From a virus: a stretch of 64,000 bases of DNA. Positions within the stretch are counted from its first letter, which is position 1, and every line of letters begins with the position of its first letter. A program made the position numbers and the translations under genes. The stretch is from IMG/VR virus record IMGVR_UViG_3300039351_000006; one strand, written 5' to 3'. Shown here piece by piece: positions 40,497-49,987 of this stretch. The notes beneath the pieces were generated by a model, which saw nothing but the letters and a program-made list of their open reading frames with translations, searched no databases and had not been told where the DNA came from.

Positions 40497-41387
40497 TTAT
40501 TTATCCAAAGTTCCACTTAACACTTTATCTATCATCACTGACGCACTATAAGCGTTACTGGCGGACTTTTCGAGAATGTCTTTATCACCCCTAGACCAAT
40601 CAGCAACATACGGAATAGAAATGCTAGATGTATCCAAGCCATGCATTTTACCCACAATATAGCTGACGGACTCGGCCTCAGTCTCTCTGAGACCTCTATT
40701 CTCTTTATAATCTTGGTTATCTTGATGAAGAATAGCATGAGCGGTCTCATGAATCAAGACACTTAGCTTCGTTGCGGAATTAAGACCAGCATCCAAAATG
40801 ATTGTCTTGCTCTTAGTATTAGTTTCACCTTGAGCACTACCAGTATTACCGTCCGAAACAATCCAACCGTTAAGGCCAAGCCAAGCCATCAGACGCTGAA
40901 TACCCTGGGAGTAGTCCTCTTCGGAGGAAATGCTCTCAGGAGCCAGCTCTTTCTCCTTCTCAACCAAATCTTCTGCGCCTTCAATTGGTTCTGTCTGAGA
41001 AATATCAAAGACATTCAAAATCGGATAATACGTGTATGTCTGCGGAGTTCCGTCAGGTCCCAAAATCTCCTGGCCATCTTCATCTTTCTTTTTGGAAATT
41101 CCGAAACCGAAAATCTTGATGGCCTTAGATCCCTTCTTAACCTGACGACCCCGGCTCTGCCACTGCTTGAAACCGGCAAGCCTACTTGCTTTAGGATACT
41201 GCAAGTAGATTAGCATCATATTGTTAAAGGAGTATGTATGAAAACCGGCAAAGAAATCCATGACTCGTCGCCACTCTTCGTCAGCGGCCAACGCCAGTAC
41301 GCCCTGCTCAAAAGTGCTCTGAAGGTCCTTAACCCTCTCCTGCCGAGTCTTCTTATCCATATTACTAATCCTTCGGAAGGTCTTCAC
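40497..41387 (-). CDS. ArdC-like antirestriction protein (DUF1738 ssDNA-binding N-domain + zincin metallopeptidase C-domain)
   Basis: N-terminal FHTYSFNNMMLIYLQ...FKQWQSRGRQVKKGSKAIKIF pattern and C-terminal HETAHAILH (HExxH). Confidence 0.65.
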   Translation of the reverse strand: MKTFRRISNMDKKTRQERVKDLQSTFEQGVLALAADEEWRRVMDFFAGFHTYSFNNMMLIYLQYPKASRLAGFKQWQSRGRQVKKGSKAIKIFGFGISKKKDEDGQEILGPDGTPQTYTYYPILNVFDISQTEPIEGAEDLVEKEKELAPESISSEEDYSQGIQRLMAWLGLNGWIVSDGNTGSAQGETNTKSKTIILDAGLNSATKLSVLIHETAHAILHQDNQDYKENRGLRETEAESVSYIVGKMHGLDTSSISIPYVADWSRGDKDILEKSASNAYSASVMIDKVLSGTLDK

Positions 41388-41730
41388 CAGTAAGGTGATA
41401 ATACCGGTCGTCTAGAGTATTAAAAGACTCTTTATACATCGGGTCGTCAATGCTCTTAAGATAGTCTGCCACGTTACAGCAGCCATCCTGATCACTGGAC
41501 AGTACATACTGAGAATCCAAATTAGAATAACCCTCATCAACAGTACCGTTGTCAGCACCAGAATCAGCATCAAAGTAATGCAAAGTCACCTTATTACGCG
41601 ACTTACGCGTCATGATAATATACACGGAGTCATCATTCGGGTCATCCAAAGACTCGAATACCCCACTGGGGAGCGCGTAGCGCCAAGTTCGGCTATCAGA
41701 AAGCTTCACCTTGACAGTTTCGGTAGACAT
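41365..41730 (-). CDS. hypothetical protein
   Basis: 121-aa ORF; tandem stops TAG-TAA. Confidence 0.45.
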   Translation of the reverse strand: MSTETVKVKLSDSRTWRYALPSGVFESLDDPNDDSVYIIMTRKSRNKVTLHYFDADSGADNGTVDEGYSNLDSQYVLSSDQDGCCNVADYLKSIDDPMYKESFNTLDDRYYHLTGEDLPKD

Positions 41731-42161
41731 TAGTTTTTCCTTCCTCTGCTGTAACCAGCCAAATCAATTCTCAACTCATACAAGGCATACATGTTATTCT
41801 GCGTACTTGCCTTATTAGTGTGATATTCAAGAACCTTAGCTAATACCCTGAGAGCCGAGCGCTTTTCTAGGAATTTAATTTCACCCAAGTCCGGTTCACT
41901 CTTGTAAATGTGACCATCCACACTGGCGACGTAACGTCCCTTCTTCTTAATTACTGGATGAACAACATATTCGGGAATTTTCTTATATATGCTTTTGGTT
42001 CGCCCAATCATGTACTCTAGGACGTAGACAACTCTTTCATTGTTTTGAAAGCCGCCTTCTATTACTTCAAAGGCACATCTCCCATAATGAAAACGCCACT
42101 TTTCTGTATTAGCTAACATATAACCTACTTCTGCAAAAAGAGCGCCTTTAGCACCATGCAA
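41730..42161 (-). CDS. hypothetical protein
   Basis: 143-aa ORF. Confidence 0.45.
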   Translation of the reverse strand: MHGAKGALFAEVGYMLANTEKWRFHYGRCAFEVIEGGFQNNERVVYVLEYMIGRTKSIYKKIPEYVVHPVIKKKGRYVASVDGHIYKSEPDLGEIKFLEKRSALRVLAKVLEYHTNKASTQNNMYALYELRIDLAGYSRGRKN

Positions 42162-42355
42162 CTAACCGAGATGACCGTTACAAAATCAGCGATGATAAGC
42201 ATAAACGCGACACCACGATAAGGCTGTGGGGCAACCTGAAAGCCCATCAAATACTTGTATGCGATTACGCCCAAGACCACGACCACCGCGATGAACAGGA
42301 CGCGAACCACTCGACGGACATTGTAGTAAGTTTTAGAATGCTTCATTTCAGGCAC
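42125..42355 (-). CDS. small membrane protein
   Basis: 76 aa, two hydrophobic helices. Confidence 0.4.
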   Translation of the reverse strand: MPEMKHSKTYYNVRRVVRVLFIAVVVVLGVIAYKYLMGFQVAPQPYRGVAFMLIIADFVTVISVSCMVLKALFLQK

Positions 42356-42408
42356 CTCTTGATGAAATATGTTTTTTTAAGAACAATACCAGTATAGTAG
42401 ATATTCAC

Positions 42409-42870
42409 CTACATAGAGAACTCTCTATAAGAAAAGTTACAGACATCCCTAGTAATTGCAGTAATGCAGCGCTCTAATTTGGTTGCACCTTCCTCTGTTA
42501 GGGTATTCTCCTCTCTTGTATCGTCAGGTGTTACATACTCCCAATACACATTAGAGTCAAGAGCTTCATCTGGTGCATAGCCATCCAATAAGGAATCCCT
42601 AATATATTCAAGCGTGTCCTCCTTAGAATAGGGAGTACCCTCTTTGGACAAATACCCTGCTTGCACTTCAAACATGTCATAGTCAGGGATAAAGATAAAA
42701 GTCTTACCTTCTATTGCGTAAACTGCGAAAGCGAAGTAATCTCTGTCTTTCGTAGAAAATATTTTATTAAACGCCCTGGGAGACACCCATTTTTCTTCCC
42801 GACAGATTTTGCCCTTATCCCAAATATCCTCTTCAGGCCAATCCATTCGCGTCTTTTTACTGTACTCCAT
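42409..42870 (-). CDS. hypothetical protein
   Basis: 153-aa ORF. Confidence 0.45.
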   Translation of the reverse strand: MEYSKKTRMDWPEEDIWDKGKICREEKWVSPRAFNKIFSTKDRDYFAFAVYAIEGKTFIFIPDYDMFEVQAGYLSKEGTPYSKEDTLEYIRDSLLDGYAPDEALDSNVYWEYVTPDDTREENTLTEEGATKLERCITAITRDVCNFSYREFSM

Positions 42871-43108
42871 AATCTGCCACCTTTACAGAAAATACGCCAT
42901 CATCAAACTTAAGAACCTTTTCAACCCTAGAAGCTCTTTTACCATTTTCAAGAACTTCTATAGCCTCTTGAACAATGATAAAAGACTCTTCGGAACCACC
43001 CATATCAGGGTGACTCTCTCTTAATGCTTTTCTTTTGGCTAACTTACGCTGTTCTTCTGACTCGTTGCCAGTAAGATGCAATACCCTGAGAGCTTGCTGA
43101 TAATCCAT
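42857..43108 (-). CDS. J-domain (DnaJ-like) protein
   Basis: HPDMGGS (HPD motif) in an 83-aa helical protein. Confidence 0.6.
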   Translation of the reverse strand: MDYQQALRVLHLTGNESEEQRKLAKRKALRESHPDMGGSEESFIIVQEAIEVLENGKRASRVEKVLKFDDGVFSVKVADYGVQ

Positions 43109-43824
43109 TAGTTATCACCCTTTCGCAGCTTGCCATCGAGTGTTACCGGCCACAATGTGCCACTTGCACAATTTTGGCAGACCACCACGTAGCCACCTCT
43201 TTGCATATCAGCCCATCTTGCAACACATTCAAGAGAAGAACTCACGTAATGATTGCAGAGCATACAGCGTGTGCCAATACCATGAATATAGCCTATTTCG
43301 GAAAGATTCTTTAGAATGTCTTTTCTAAAAGACTGTAAAGTTACGCACCAATTCCACTGATATGTAATATCATTGTCATTAGCAACAGAGCCTTCCAGAC
43401 CAAAAGCGCCGTTCAAGTCCATGAAACCAGCATCAACCACTGTTAACTTGCCAAAAGACTGTATATCCCTGGCTTCTTGCAGACTTGCACGCATTGCTTT
43501 TACCTGCGAGATATATTTCGTTTCGACATCACGCTCTTCGTATGTGCCCAGCCAATTAACATTACCTTTAAAACCAGTGGTATCCAGACAATCAGCCACC
43601 AACCTACGAAGGATATTTCTCTCACGACGTTTAGTTACACTCAGCAACATCCATTCAGCCGTGTACATATCAGTCACGCACTGAAAAGCATCAAAAACGC
43701 CGTACACATTCTGGGGCATACGCCAGCCTACAATACCCCGGTCTTGCAGAGCGATGGCGGTTTGCATTGTAGTTTTCGAGGAAAGTAGTGCCACTTCAGA
43801 ATCTGGCGCTGTAAGTAAAGCCAC
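43108..43824 (-). CDS. hypothetical Cys-containing protein
   Basis: 238-aa ORF; CxxC-like pairs near C-terminus (CMLCNHY ... CQNC). Confidence 0.45.
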   Translation of the reverse strand: MALLTAPDSEVALLSSKTTMQTAIALQDRGIVGWRMPQNVYGVFDAFQCVTDMYTAEWMLLSVTKRRERNILRRLVADCLDTTGFKGNVNWLGTYEERDVETKYISQVKAMRASLQEARDIQSFGKLTVVDAGFMDLNGAFGLEGSVANDNDITYQWNWCVTLQSFRKDILKNLSEIGYIHGIGTRCMLCNHYVSSSLECVARWADMQRGGYVVVCQNCASGTLWPVTLDGKLRKGDN

Positions 43825-43860
43825 TATACACTCCTTCCGTAAACACTACTTTCCAAACAT

Positions 43861-44337
43861 CTAATTAATACCCGTGGAACCGAAGCCACCATCTCCTCGA
43901 GATGTGCTATTCAACTTTTCAACTTCCACGAAGTCAGCCTTAATGTAAGGCACGATAATCAACTGGGCAATTCTGTCGCCCTCAGAAATTTCATAGTCAG
44001 AGTTACCGTGATTAATTAAACCTACCTTAATTTCACCACGATAACCACTATCGATAATTCCTGGAGTATTAATGACCTGAATACCGCGCTTCAAGGCCAG
44101 ACCGCTACGCGGCACGATAATACCCATGTAACCTTGAGGGATAGCCACTTTCACACCTGTGCTGACTACTGTGACATTATTGTCAGCAGCCTGAGCAGCA
44201 AAGCTATCTTCGATTTCCCAAGGCACATGACCACCATGAACAGGGACGATGTAGTTACCAACCGCCTTCAAATCGACACCAGCATCACCCTCCTTAGCAT
44301 AGGAGAGATAACCACCACCAATGGTATTAATCTTCAT
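43861..44337 (-). CDS. dut: dUTP diphosphatase (dUTPase)
   Basis: All conserved trimeric dUTPase motifs: AGVDL, PRSGLALK, GIIDSGYRGE, GDRIAQL, RGDGGFGSTG. Confidence 0.85.
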   Translation of the reverse strand: MKINTIGGGYLSYAKEGDAGVDLKAVGNYIVPVHGGHVPWEIEDSFAAQAADNNVTVVSTGVKVAIPQGYMGIIVPRSGLALKRGIQVINTPGIIDSGYRGEIKVGLINHGNSDYEISEGDRIAQLIIVPYIKADFVEVEKLNSTSRGDGGFGSTGIN

Positions 44338-45053
44338 TACAGCAAACCTTCCTTAATATCCTCTTCCTCAGTGAGAATTCGACTAGCGCCGTTCTCCTTC
44401 TTCACGGTGACATACTCAGTTACCGCATCAATACTACTGCCGGGGTTGTAACGACCCTGGTCCACCATAATGAACTGGAAACCCTCTTCAGTAAACATTC
44501 TGAAGATGGAGGCTACAGCACCTTCAGCCGCTTCAGGACTTAAACCATTCATAATCTCGTCCATGATAAGCAGACGGCGTCCACCACTTACGCTGATAAG
44601 CAGAGTGATGAACAGGAAGCTAATAACCTGCTTAACACCATCACCGGACTGCAAACCCAAATCACGAGGATTGCCGTTCTGAAGAAGCTCCAGCTTCATG
44701 TGAGCAATTCGACCGGCGTATAATTCTTTGACAAGGCGAATTTCATAAGTGTCACCAGAGTTCTCAAACATCTTACCAAGAACCGAGTTAACAGCCCTAG
44801 TAACGGTATCCAACATGCTACCCAGCGTCTTATCAGACACCGCGTTCAACAGCTTATTAGCACCCTCCAGAACATCCAAGCGCTCAACCAAATCATTCAT
44901 CTGATTGGCATACTCAAGACGCTGCTGAATAACGCGCTCTTTACTCTCATAATCAGACTTGACCTTGTGATAATACCCCTCTACAAGAGATTCAAACTCC
45001 TCAAAAGAGACATCATCAGGAGAAGCCTTCTCCGTAACCATACTAGTAGTCAT
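44337..45053 (-). CDS. Rad50/SbcC-like ATPase, C-terminal half (signature/Walker B/D-loop) as a separate gene
   Basis: LQSGDGVKQVISFLFITLLI (signature-like) + RRLLIMDEIMNGLSPE (Walker B + D-loop) preceded by a short coiled coil. Confidence 0.5.
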   Translation of the reverse strand: MTTSMVTEKASPDDVSFEEFESLVEGYYHKVKSDYESKERVIQQRLEYANQMNDLVERLDVLEGANKLLNAVSDKTLGSMLDTVTRAVNSVLGKMFENSGDTYEIRLVKELYAGRIAHMKLELLQNGNPRDLGLQSGDGVKQVISFLFITLLISVSGGRRLLIMDEIMNGLSPEAAEGAVASIFRMFTEEGFQFIMVDQGRYNPGSSIDAVTEYVTVKKENGASRILTEEEDIKEGLL

Positions 45054-45060
45054 TTAAATC

Positions 45061-46476
45061 TCAATTCTTGGAGACACCAGAGTTAATCCTTGGCAAGCCA
45101 GTCCAAGTTCGCCAAGCGTTCATGCCATCAGAGAAAATCAAGTCAATCTGCTTAGGCTTAATACCCACCTTGATTTCAACCTTTTCGTAGAGGAAAGTCT
45201 TGAAATCCTTCTTCTTAACCTCTTCCTTTTTAGACTTAATTTCGTCCTCATAGTCAATATCAGGATTTTCCTGAGCCTTCAAGAGCAGATCCTTGAGCTC
45301 CCCGACCTTGTTTTTCATCTCATCGCGATTTTCATCAGTAACAAGTGTACTCGTATCGCAGAAGATCGCCTTCAGCAAATCGGATGGGCTAATCTTGGCA
45401 ACCACGGTGGACAGCTCTTTTACGGAGCCTTCAACATCATCCTTGGTGTTTTCAGAGAACACCAGACGTTCCGAGCTACCCGTGTGAATCTTCAGGTAGT
45501 TAATCTCTATGCCACTATCCACCTGATTCACAAACTCCAAGTATACAAAGCCATTTCCAACCATGGAGGCGGCGTTAATCAAATTAAGCACATCGCAGAA
45601 CTGTTGACGGTCCACCTCATAAGTGGCTCCTGGCTTAATAGCTTCATAAGATCTGACTACCATGTTAGGTCGGATAGCGATATTAATTCCACCCTCAAGA
45701 TTCTCAGGCGTATCAGCAACTCGGAACTGAAGCATGGTTGCTTTCTTCTTACCCTCAGGGCCTGTCAGCTTCTTATAAAGATACAGCTTCTTACCCTTTT
45801 CGGATACGGTTTTTAATACCCTTAGGAGCTTCTTGTTAATTTCGTAACCCTGCTTAGAATTATCGTCAGCAAAGAAAGACTTCGCTTCCTCATTATAAAG
45901 TGTATTAAGTGCATAACGAATATTACCAGCTACGTAAATAGAGTTCTTGGTAAACAAAGCCTTACTAGACGCACCAGACTCAGTCATAACACCGAGAAGA
46001 GCCGTTGCAAGCAAATCGAAGGATTCCGTAGTCAGATAATCATTCTCATTATACTCAGCACTAGTCATTCTTTCTTTCTGAGTTTTTGTCACTTCCTTGC
46101 TGGAGAACACAATATCAAACTTGCTATCATAATTAGCAGAAGTACCCTTCTTATGCTCCATAGTGTAAGTAACCTTAAGAGTGGACTTCTCAAAACCAAA
46201 CTCAATCTCCGTAAGATTTGTTCGATAGCTTCGAGCACAAGTATTCAGTACGTTCTGGAACAAATTAAAGTCAACAGCCGCATACAGAGGCTCAGACAAG
46301 TCCTCCTCTGGCGTAACCAAATACCCCAGAGTACCCATAAGATGAACGTCTCCAGCGATAGCAGCAAAAGTTGCACCATCTTCAGCGAACTTAAGATACA
46401 AGGTCTTATTAGTAGCCGCCATACGAATAGTGGAAATTAGCGACGGAAGATTACCAGCATTAATTTTAAAAGACAT
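45061..46476 (-). CDS. hypothetical protein (function unknown)
   Basis: 471-aa ORF with no recognisable motif; lies between the Rad50 halves. Confidence 0.5.
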   Translation of the reverse strand: MSFKINAGNLPSLISTIRMAATNKTLYLKFAEDGATFAAIAGDVHLMGTLGYLVTPEEDLSEPLYAAVDFNLFQNVLNTCARSYRTNLTEIEFGFEKSTLKVTYTMEHKKGTSANYDSKFDIVFSSKEVTKTQKERMTSAEYNENDYLTTESFDLLATALLGVMTESGASSKALFTKNSIYVAGNIRYALNTLYNEEAKSFFADDNSKQGYEINKKLLRVLKTVSEKGKKLYLYKKLTGPEGKKKATMLQFRVADTPENLEGGINIAIRPNMVVRSYEAIKPGATYEVDRQQFCDVLNLINAASMVGNGFVYLEFVNQVDSGIEINYLKIHTGSSERLVFSENTKDDVEGSVKELSTVVAKISPSDLLKAIFCDTSTLVTDENRDEMKNKVGELKDLLLKAQENPDIDYEDEIKSKKEEVKKKDFKTFLYEKVEIKVGIKPKQIDLIFSDGMNAWRTWTGLPRINSGVSKN

Positions 46477-46489
46477 TATCCTACCTAAC

Positions 46490-47191
46490 TCACAGCATGT
46501 TCAGCAAATCAGCGCCATCAGACGTTACGGGGGAAGCAGGTTCTTCCTTTTCTGTCTTGTTAGCATAAGGCGACTGAGTAGTACTTCCACGACGAACCAA
46601 CTCAGCAAAAGACAGAGAACCAGCAGATTCATCTTGCTGAGGAATACCCTCTTGGTTGTCTACCATTTCGACTTCTTCAGAGTCTTCTTCCTCTGGCGGT
46701 TCACCCATATCAACCTCATCAGGGTCTCCGTCAGCATCTTCAAACACCGCGTTAGATTCCTGAGAAGCAACGGCACTCAGCATTGGATTAACTGCAACAG
46801 CAGGCTTAGCCTCCTCAACCGTCTTCTCTTCTTTCTGAGTATCTACGGAGGAGTTATCCAAATCCAAACCGTCAGTGTTCGACTCTTCAGGAGTCTTTCG
46901 CATGGACTTGGCAGCTTCCTCAGCTGCATAATCCTTATTCTTAATTTCCATGTACTCGTTGGCGATATCCTGTGCCTGCTCTTTGAGTCGAGCAGTTTCA
47001 GCCTTGATAGCGGCTTTCACACCCTCCAGATTCGAGAGGTCACCCAAGTCAACACCGAAGTCTTTCTTGTACTGAGCGATAAGCTTAGCTTGATTCTCTT
47101 TGTACACCTGTGTACGCGCGGCGGCATCATTAGCCGCACGCAAATCACGATGAATGTCTTCGGCCAATTTTTGATATTCAACCATGTTCAT
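46490..47191 (-). CDS. acidic coiled-coil protein
   Basis: 233-aa ORF, E/D-rich. Confidence 0.5.
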   Translation of the reverse strand: MNMVEYQKLAEDIHRDLRAANDAAARTQVYKENQAKLIAQYKKDFGVDLGDLSNLEGVKAAIKAETARLKEQAQDIANEYMEIKNKDYAAEEAAKSMRKTPEESNTDGLDLDNSSVDTQKEEKTVEEAKPAVAVNPMLSAVASQESNAVFEDADGDPDEVDMGEPPEEEDSEEVEMVDNQEGIPQQDESAGSLSFAELVRRGSTTQSPYANKTEKEEPASPVTSDGADLLNML

Positions 47192-47267
47192 TTAAATATC
47201 TCCTAAAATTTATTACTATACCTACTATATTAACAGGTATTCAACCAAAGGAATACCCTATTAGCCT

Positions 47268-48326
47268 TTAGCTTTCGGGAGCGCTTGCATACTTGAGATA
47301 ACGCTCCTTGGCTTCCTTTCTTACTTCTTGGGAGAACCCTGGAATCTTATCAATTTGCGTAAGGTTATTATACTGCTCACCAAGACGGCCTTCGATTACA
47401 GCAGATAGGATTTCCTTGATGTCAGCATCGCGCTTCTGCAAATCTTCAACGTAGTTAGCCTGTTCTTCAGTCAATTCGTTAGGGATGAACTCCTCCTCAA
47501 CAGGCCAGAGCTTAATCGGCTCACTAGTGAAATCAATCTTACCCTGAGAAGAAGTAAACACCACATCATAGCAGGTATCAATCTTCTCAGCCACGCGACT
47601 TGGACTGCCTGGAATTAGCAGCTGCACCGAACTACCATCAGAGAGCGTGGCCATAGCATCATTGCGCATAAGAGGCGTATGAATATGACCAGACACCACC
47701 AAACTAACACCGATGAAATTATCCAGCTCCGAGAGCAATACCCTGTCACCACGAGTACTGTTACCCTCTTTGCCACCATAAGTAGGAGTTACACCTGGAA
47801 TCGCATAATCATTATGGCCAAACACCACATTCTGACCGTCAGACAGCAAATCTAACTCGTCATGTTCGTGACCATAATTAACGATATGCATTCGGCAAAT
47901 TCTACGACCGGAAGTATCAGTCATATCAACATACTTCGGATTACGAATCCAACCAGCATCCTTGGCAAAATCAAAGGTGGTGTACTCACCCATATCATGA
48001 TTTCCACGCACGGAATACACGTGATTATCACAGATTTCGTTGAATTGCTTATACCAGCGGCCTACTTCATTCAAGTAGAATTCGTCGTTAAAATTACGCT
48101 CGTTCACGCCGAAAGTGTCACCAAGAAGCATGAGAGAAATACCCTCGTTCTTGATTTTGTGCTTCTGGAGCAAGCCCCTGACCAATTCGAGAACTTTAAT
48201 GCTGGACATTGCATAATCAATATGCGTGCCCTTGTACTTTGGGCTGGTATGCAAATCACCGATTACAAGTAGAGTGCCAGAGATGCTCTCTACCTTGTTA
48301 TCAATGGACTTTTTGATTGCTACCAC
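47268..48326 (-). CDS. Mre11/SbcD-like metallophosphoesterase nuclease
   Basis: Motifs GDLH, GDTF, GNHD, GHIH in the expected order. Confidence 0.8.
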   Translation of the reverse strand: MVAIKKSIDNKVESISGTLLVIGDLHTSPKYKGTHIDYAMSSIKVLELVRGLLQKHKIKNEGISLMLLGDTFGVNERNFNDEFYLNEVGRWYKQFNEICDNHVYSVRGNHDMGEYTTFDFAKDAGWIRNPKYVDMTDTSGRRICRMHIVNYGHEHDELDLLSDGQNVVFGHNDYAIPGVTPTYGGKEGNSTRGDRVLLSELDNFIGVSLVVSGHIHTPLMRNDAMATLSDGSSVQLLIPGSPSRVAEKIDTCYDVVFTSSQGKIDFTSEPIKLWPVEEEFIPNELTEEQANYVEDLQKRDADIKEILSAVIEGRLGEQYNNLTQIDKIPGFSQEVRKEAKERYLKYASAPES

Positions 48327-48328
48327 TA

Positions 48329-49522
48329 CTATTCACCGTCCTTAATACCCACAGCCAGCTGCTGACCACAATTCGGGCACTTAACCAGCTTACCACCCTT
48401 GGCCTTGATTTCTTCGTTCATGGCGTTAAGCCTATCTTGCTTGTCTTTAAGACTTTCTTGCAGGCTATTCTGTGTTGCCACGGCGCCAGCCAGAGATTTG
48501 AAGCCCGCAACTAAATCTTTAAGGCTACCATACTTGCTGTTGACTTCATCAGCTTTCTTGCTAAGAGCATCCAAGTCATTACGGCAAAGGGAATCTACAT
48601 GACTCTTGTAACTGGCATCAATAGCAGAACCGATGTTCTCCAGAGTATTCATTCTGCCAAGCAGAATACCCATGGAGTCGCTTACCTTGCCTAAATCTGC
48701 TTTCTTATCTTCGGCAGTAGTATCAATATTCTCAGTGACTTCCCTAATCTTATCAAGACTTCGCATCTGCTGACCACAGAGCTTGGTTTTCTTCCATAGG
48801 GACTCGGCATCAGTTACAGCCTCTTCTGTCACTCCTCTTAAACCGACAACCAGCGCATCCATAGCGTCATAAGAACCCTTGGCAGTATTAAACTCGCTGT
48901 TCTTCTGATTTATCTCCCTGCGGAGAGAGTCAGTTGCATCACTGATAGCAGTAAACTTAAGTACGTCGTTAAGAGCATCATTGTTCACCCTGTCAGAAGT
49001 TCCAGTAAGCAGAGGAGCATCGTTCCTGTCACGATAGTTCAGATCAGCCACCTTTGTTGTGACCAAACCCAGATAGCGCTTAAAGCAATCAGGAATCGTT
49101 CGTGCGGCTGTCAGGGCGTTACCTTCCTTGGTTGTGTAAAGAACTTTATCATCCTTCCGCAACTCGTAGAATACCCCCGAGCCGGCTCGCTTAGCGTAAC
49201 GACGCATGAATAAAACCACGCCATCATTAAAGCCGACAGACAACTCAAAGAAGTCTTTTCCATCCTGAACGAACTTCTGCTGGTCCTTTTGGAACTTTCC
49301 AAGCATGAGCATGCCCAAACCACGGAGCAGAGCGGATTTACCCGTATCATTGTAGCCGTTAATCTTGAGAATACCCTTGCCCTCTGGGAAATTGATAGTC
49401 TCGTCATCAAAAGCGGCAAAATTAACGACATGATACCAAATAAGCTTGGATCGAATCCCCGCCTTGGGGATATTCACGTCCTTCTCTATAGGCACTCCGG
49501 CACTTGATTTCTTGACAGCCAT
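48329..49522 (-). CDS. Rad50/SbcC-like ATPase, N-terminal half (Walker A, coiled coil, zinc hook)
   Basis: INGYNDTGKSALLRGL Walker A, long coiled coil, C-terminal CPNCGQ hook-like CxxC; adjoins Mre11-like gene with a 2-nt gap. Confidence 0.65.
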   Translation of the reverse strand: MAVKKSSAGVPIEKDVNIPKAGIRSKLIWYHVVNFAAFDDETINFPEGKGILKINGYNDTGKSALLRGLGMLMLGKFQKDQQKFVQDGKDFFELSVGFNDGVVLFMRRYAKRAGSGVFYELRKDDKVLYTTKEGNALTAARTIPDCFKRYLGLVTTKVADLNYRDRNDAPLLTGTSDRVNNDALNDVLKFTAISDATDSLRREINQKNSEFNTAKGSYDAMDALVVGLRGVTEEAVTDAESLWKKTKLCGQQMRSLDKIREVTENIDTTAEDKKADLGKVSDSMGILLGRMNTLENIGSAIDASYKSHVDSLCRNDLDALSKKADEVNSKYGSLKDLVAGFKSLAGAVATQNSLQESLKDKQDRLNAMNEEIKAKGGKLVKCPNCGQQLAVGIKDGE

Positions 49523-49881
49523 TAATTCTCCTTATTCAAATCTTTGAAATCAGCAGCTTCCACACCCTGTTCAGAGGTTTTACCACTATCAGTTTCTTCT
49601 ATAGAGGATGACCAACTCTTACGTGTCTCACCTTTGTACTCTCGGTAGGCTTTTCGCAGAACAGACCTGCCATTACCGGCCAAATCCGACACGGAACGAA
49701 TACCAAACCTCTTTACCACAGGCTCTTCATCCTTGACATTCGCAATAACCATGCACTTACCAGCACCGGCTATGAAAGCCCTGTACATACCCAAAAGGGA
49801 GCCATCCTCAACGGAGTAAAGCTTCTCTGTTAATACCCCTTTGCTGGTGTTGGCATCCCTAAACTCAGCATTAAACGCCAC
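49522..49881 (-). CDS. hypothetical protein
   Basis: 119-aa ORF. Confidence 0.45.
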   Translation of the reverse strand: MAFNAEFRDANTSKGVLTEKLYSVEDGSLLGMYRAFIAGAGKCMVIANVKDEEPVVKRFGIRSVSDLAGNGRSVLRKAYREYKGETRKSWSSSIEETDSGKTSEQGVEAADFKDLNKEN

Positions 49882-49987
49882 TGGAACTCTCTTTCAACAT
49901 ACTACGAATATAATACCATTATAACAGATATTACATACAAGTAAGGGCGATGACCTAACAAGGCCATCGCCCTTAACTAATCAGAGA

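Noticed and set aside
45061-46476. Sliding-clamp (gp45/DnaN-like) assignment for the 471-aa protein
   Set aside because: Position in the replication block is suggestive, but I can see no clamp-specific motif and the length fits neither gp45 nor beta-clamp. It is left as hypothetical.
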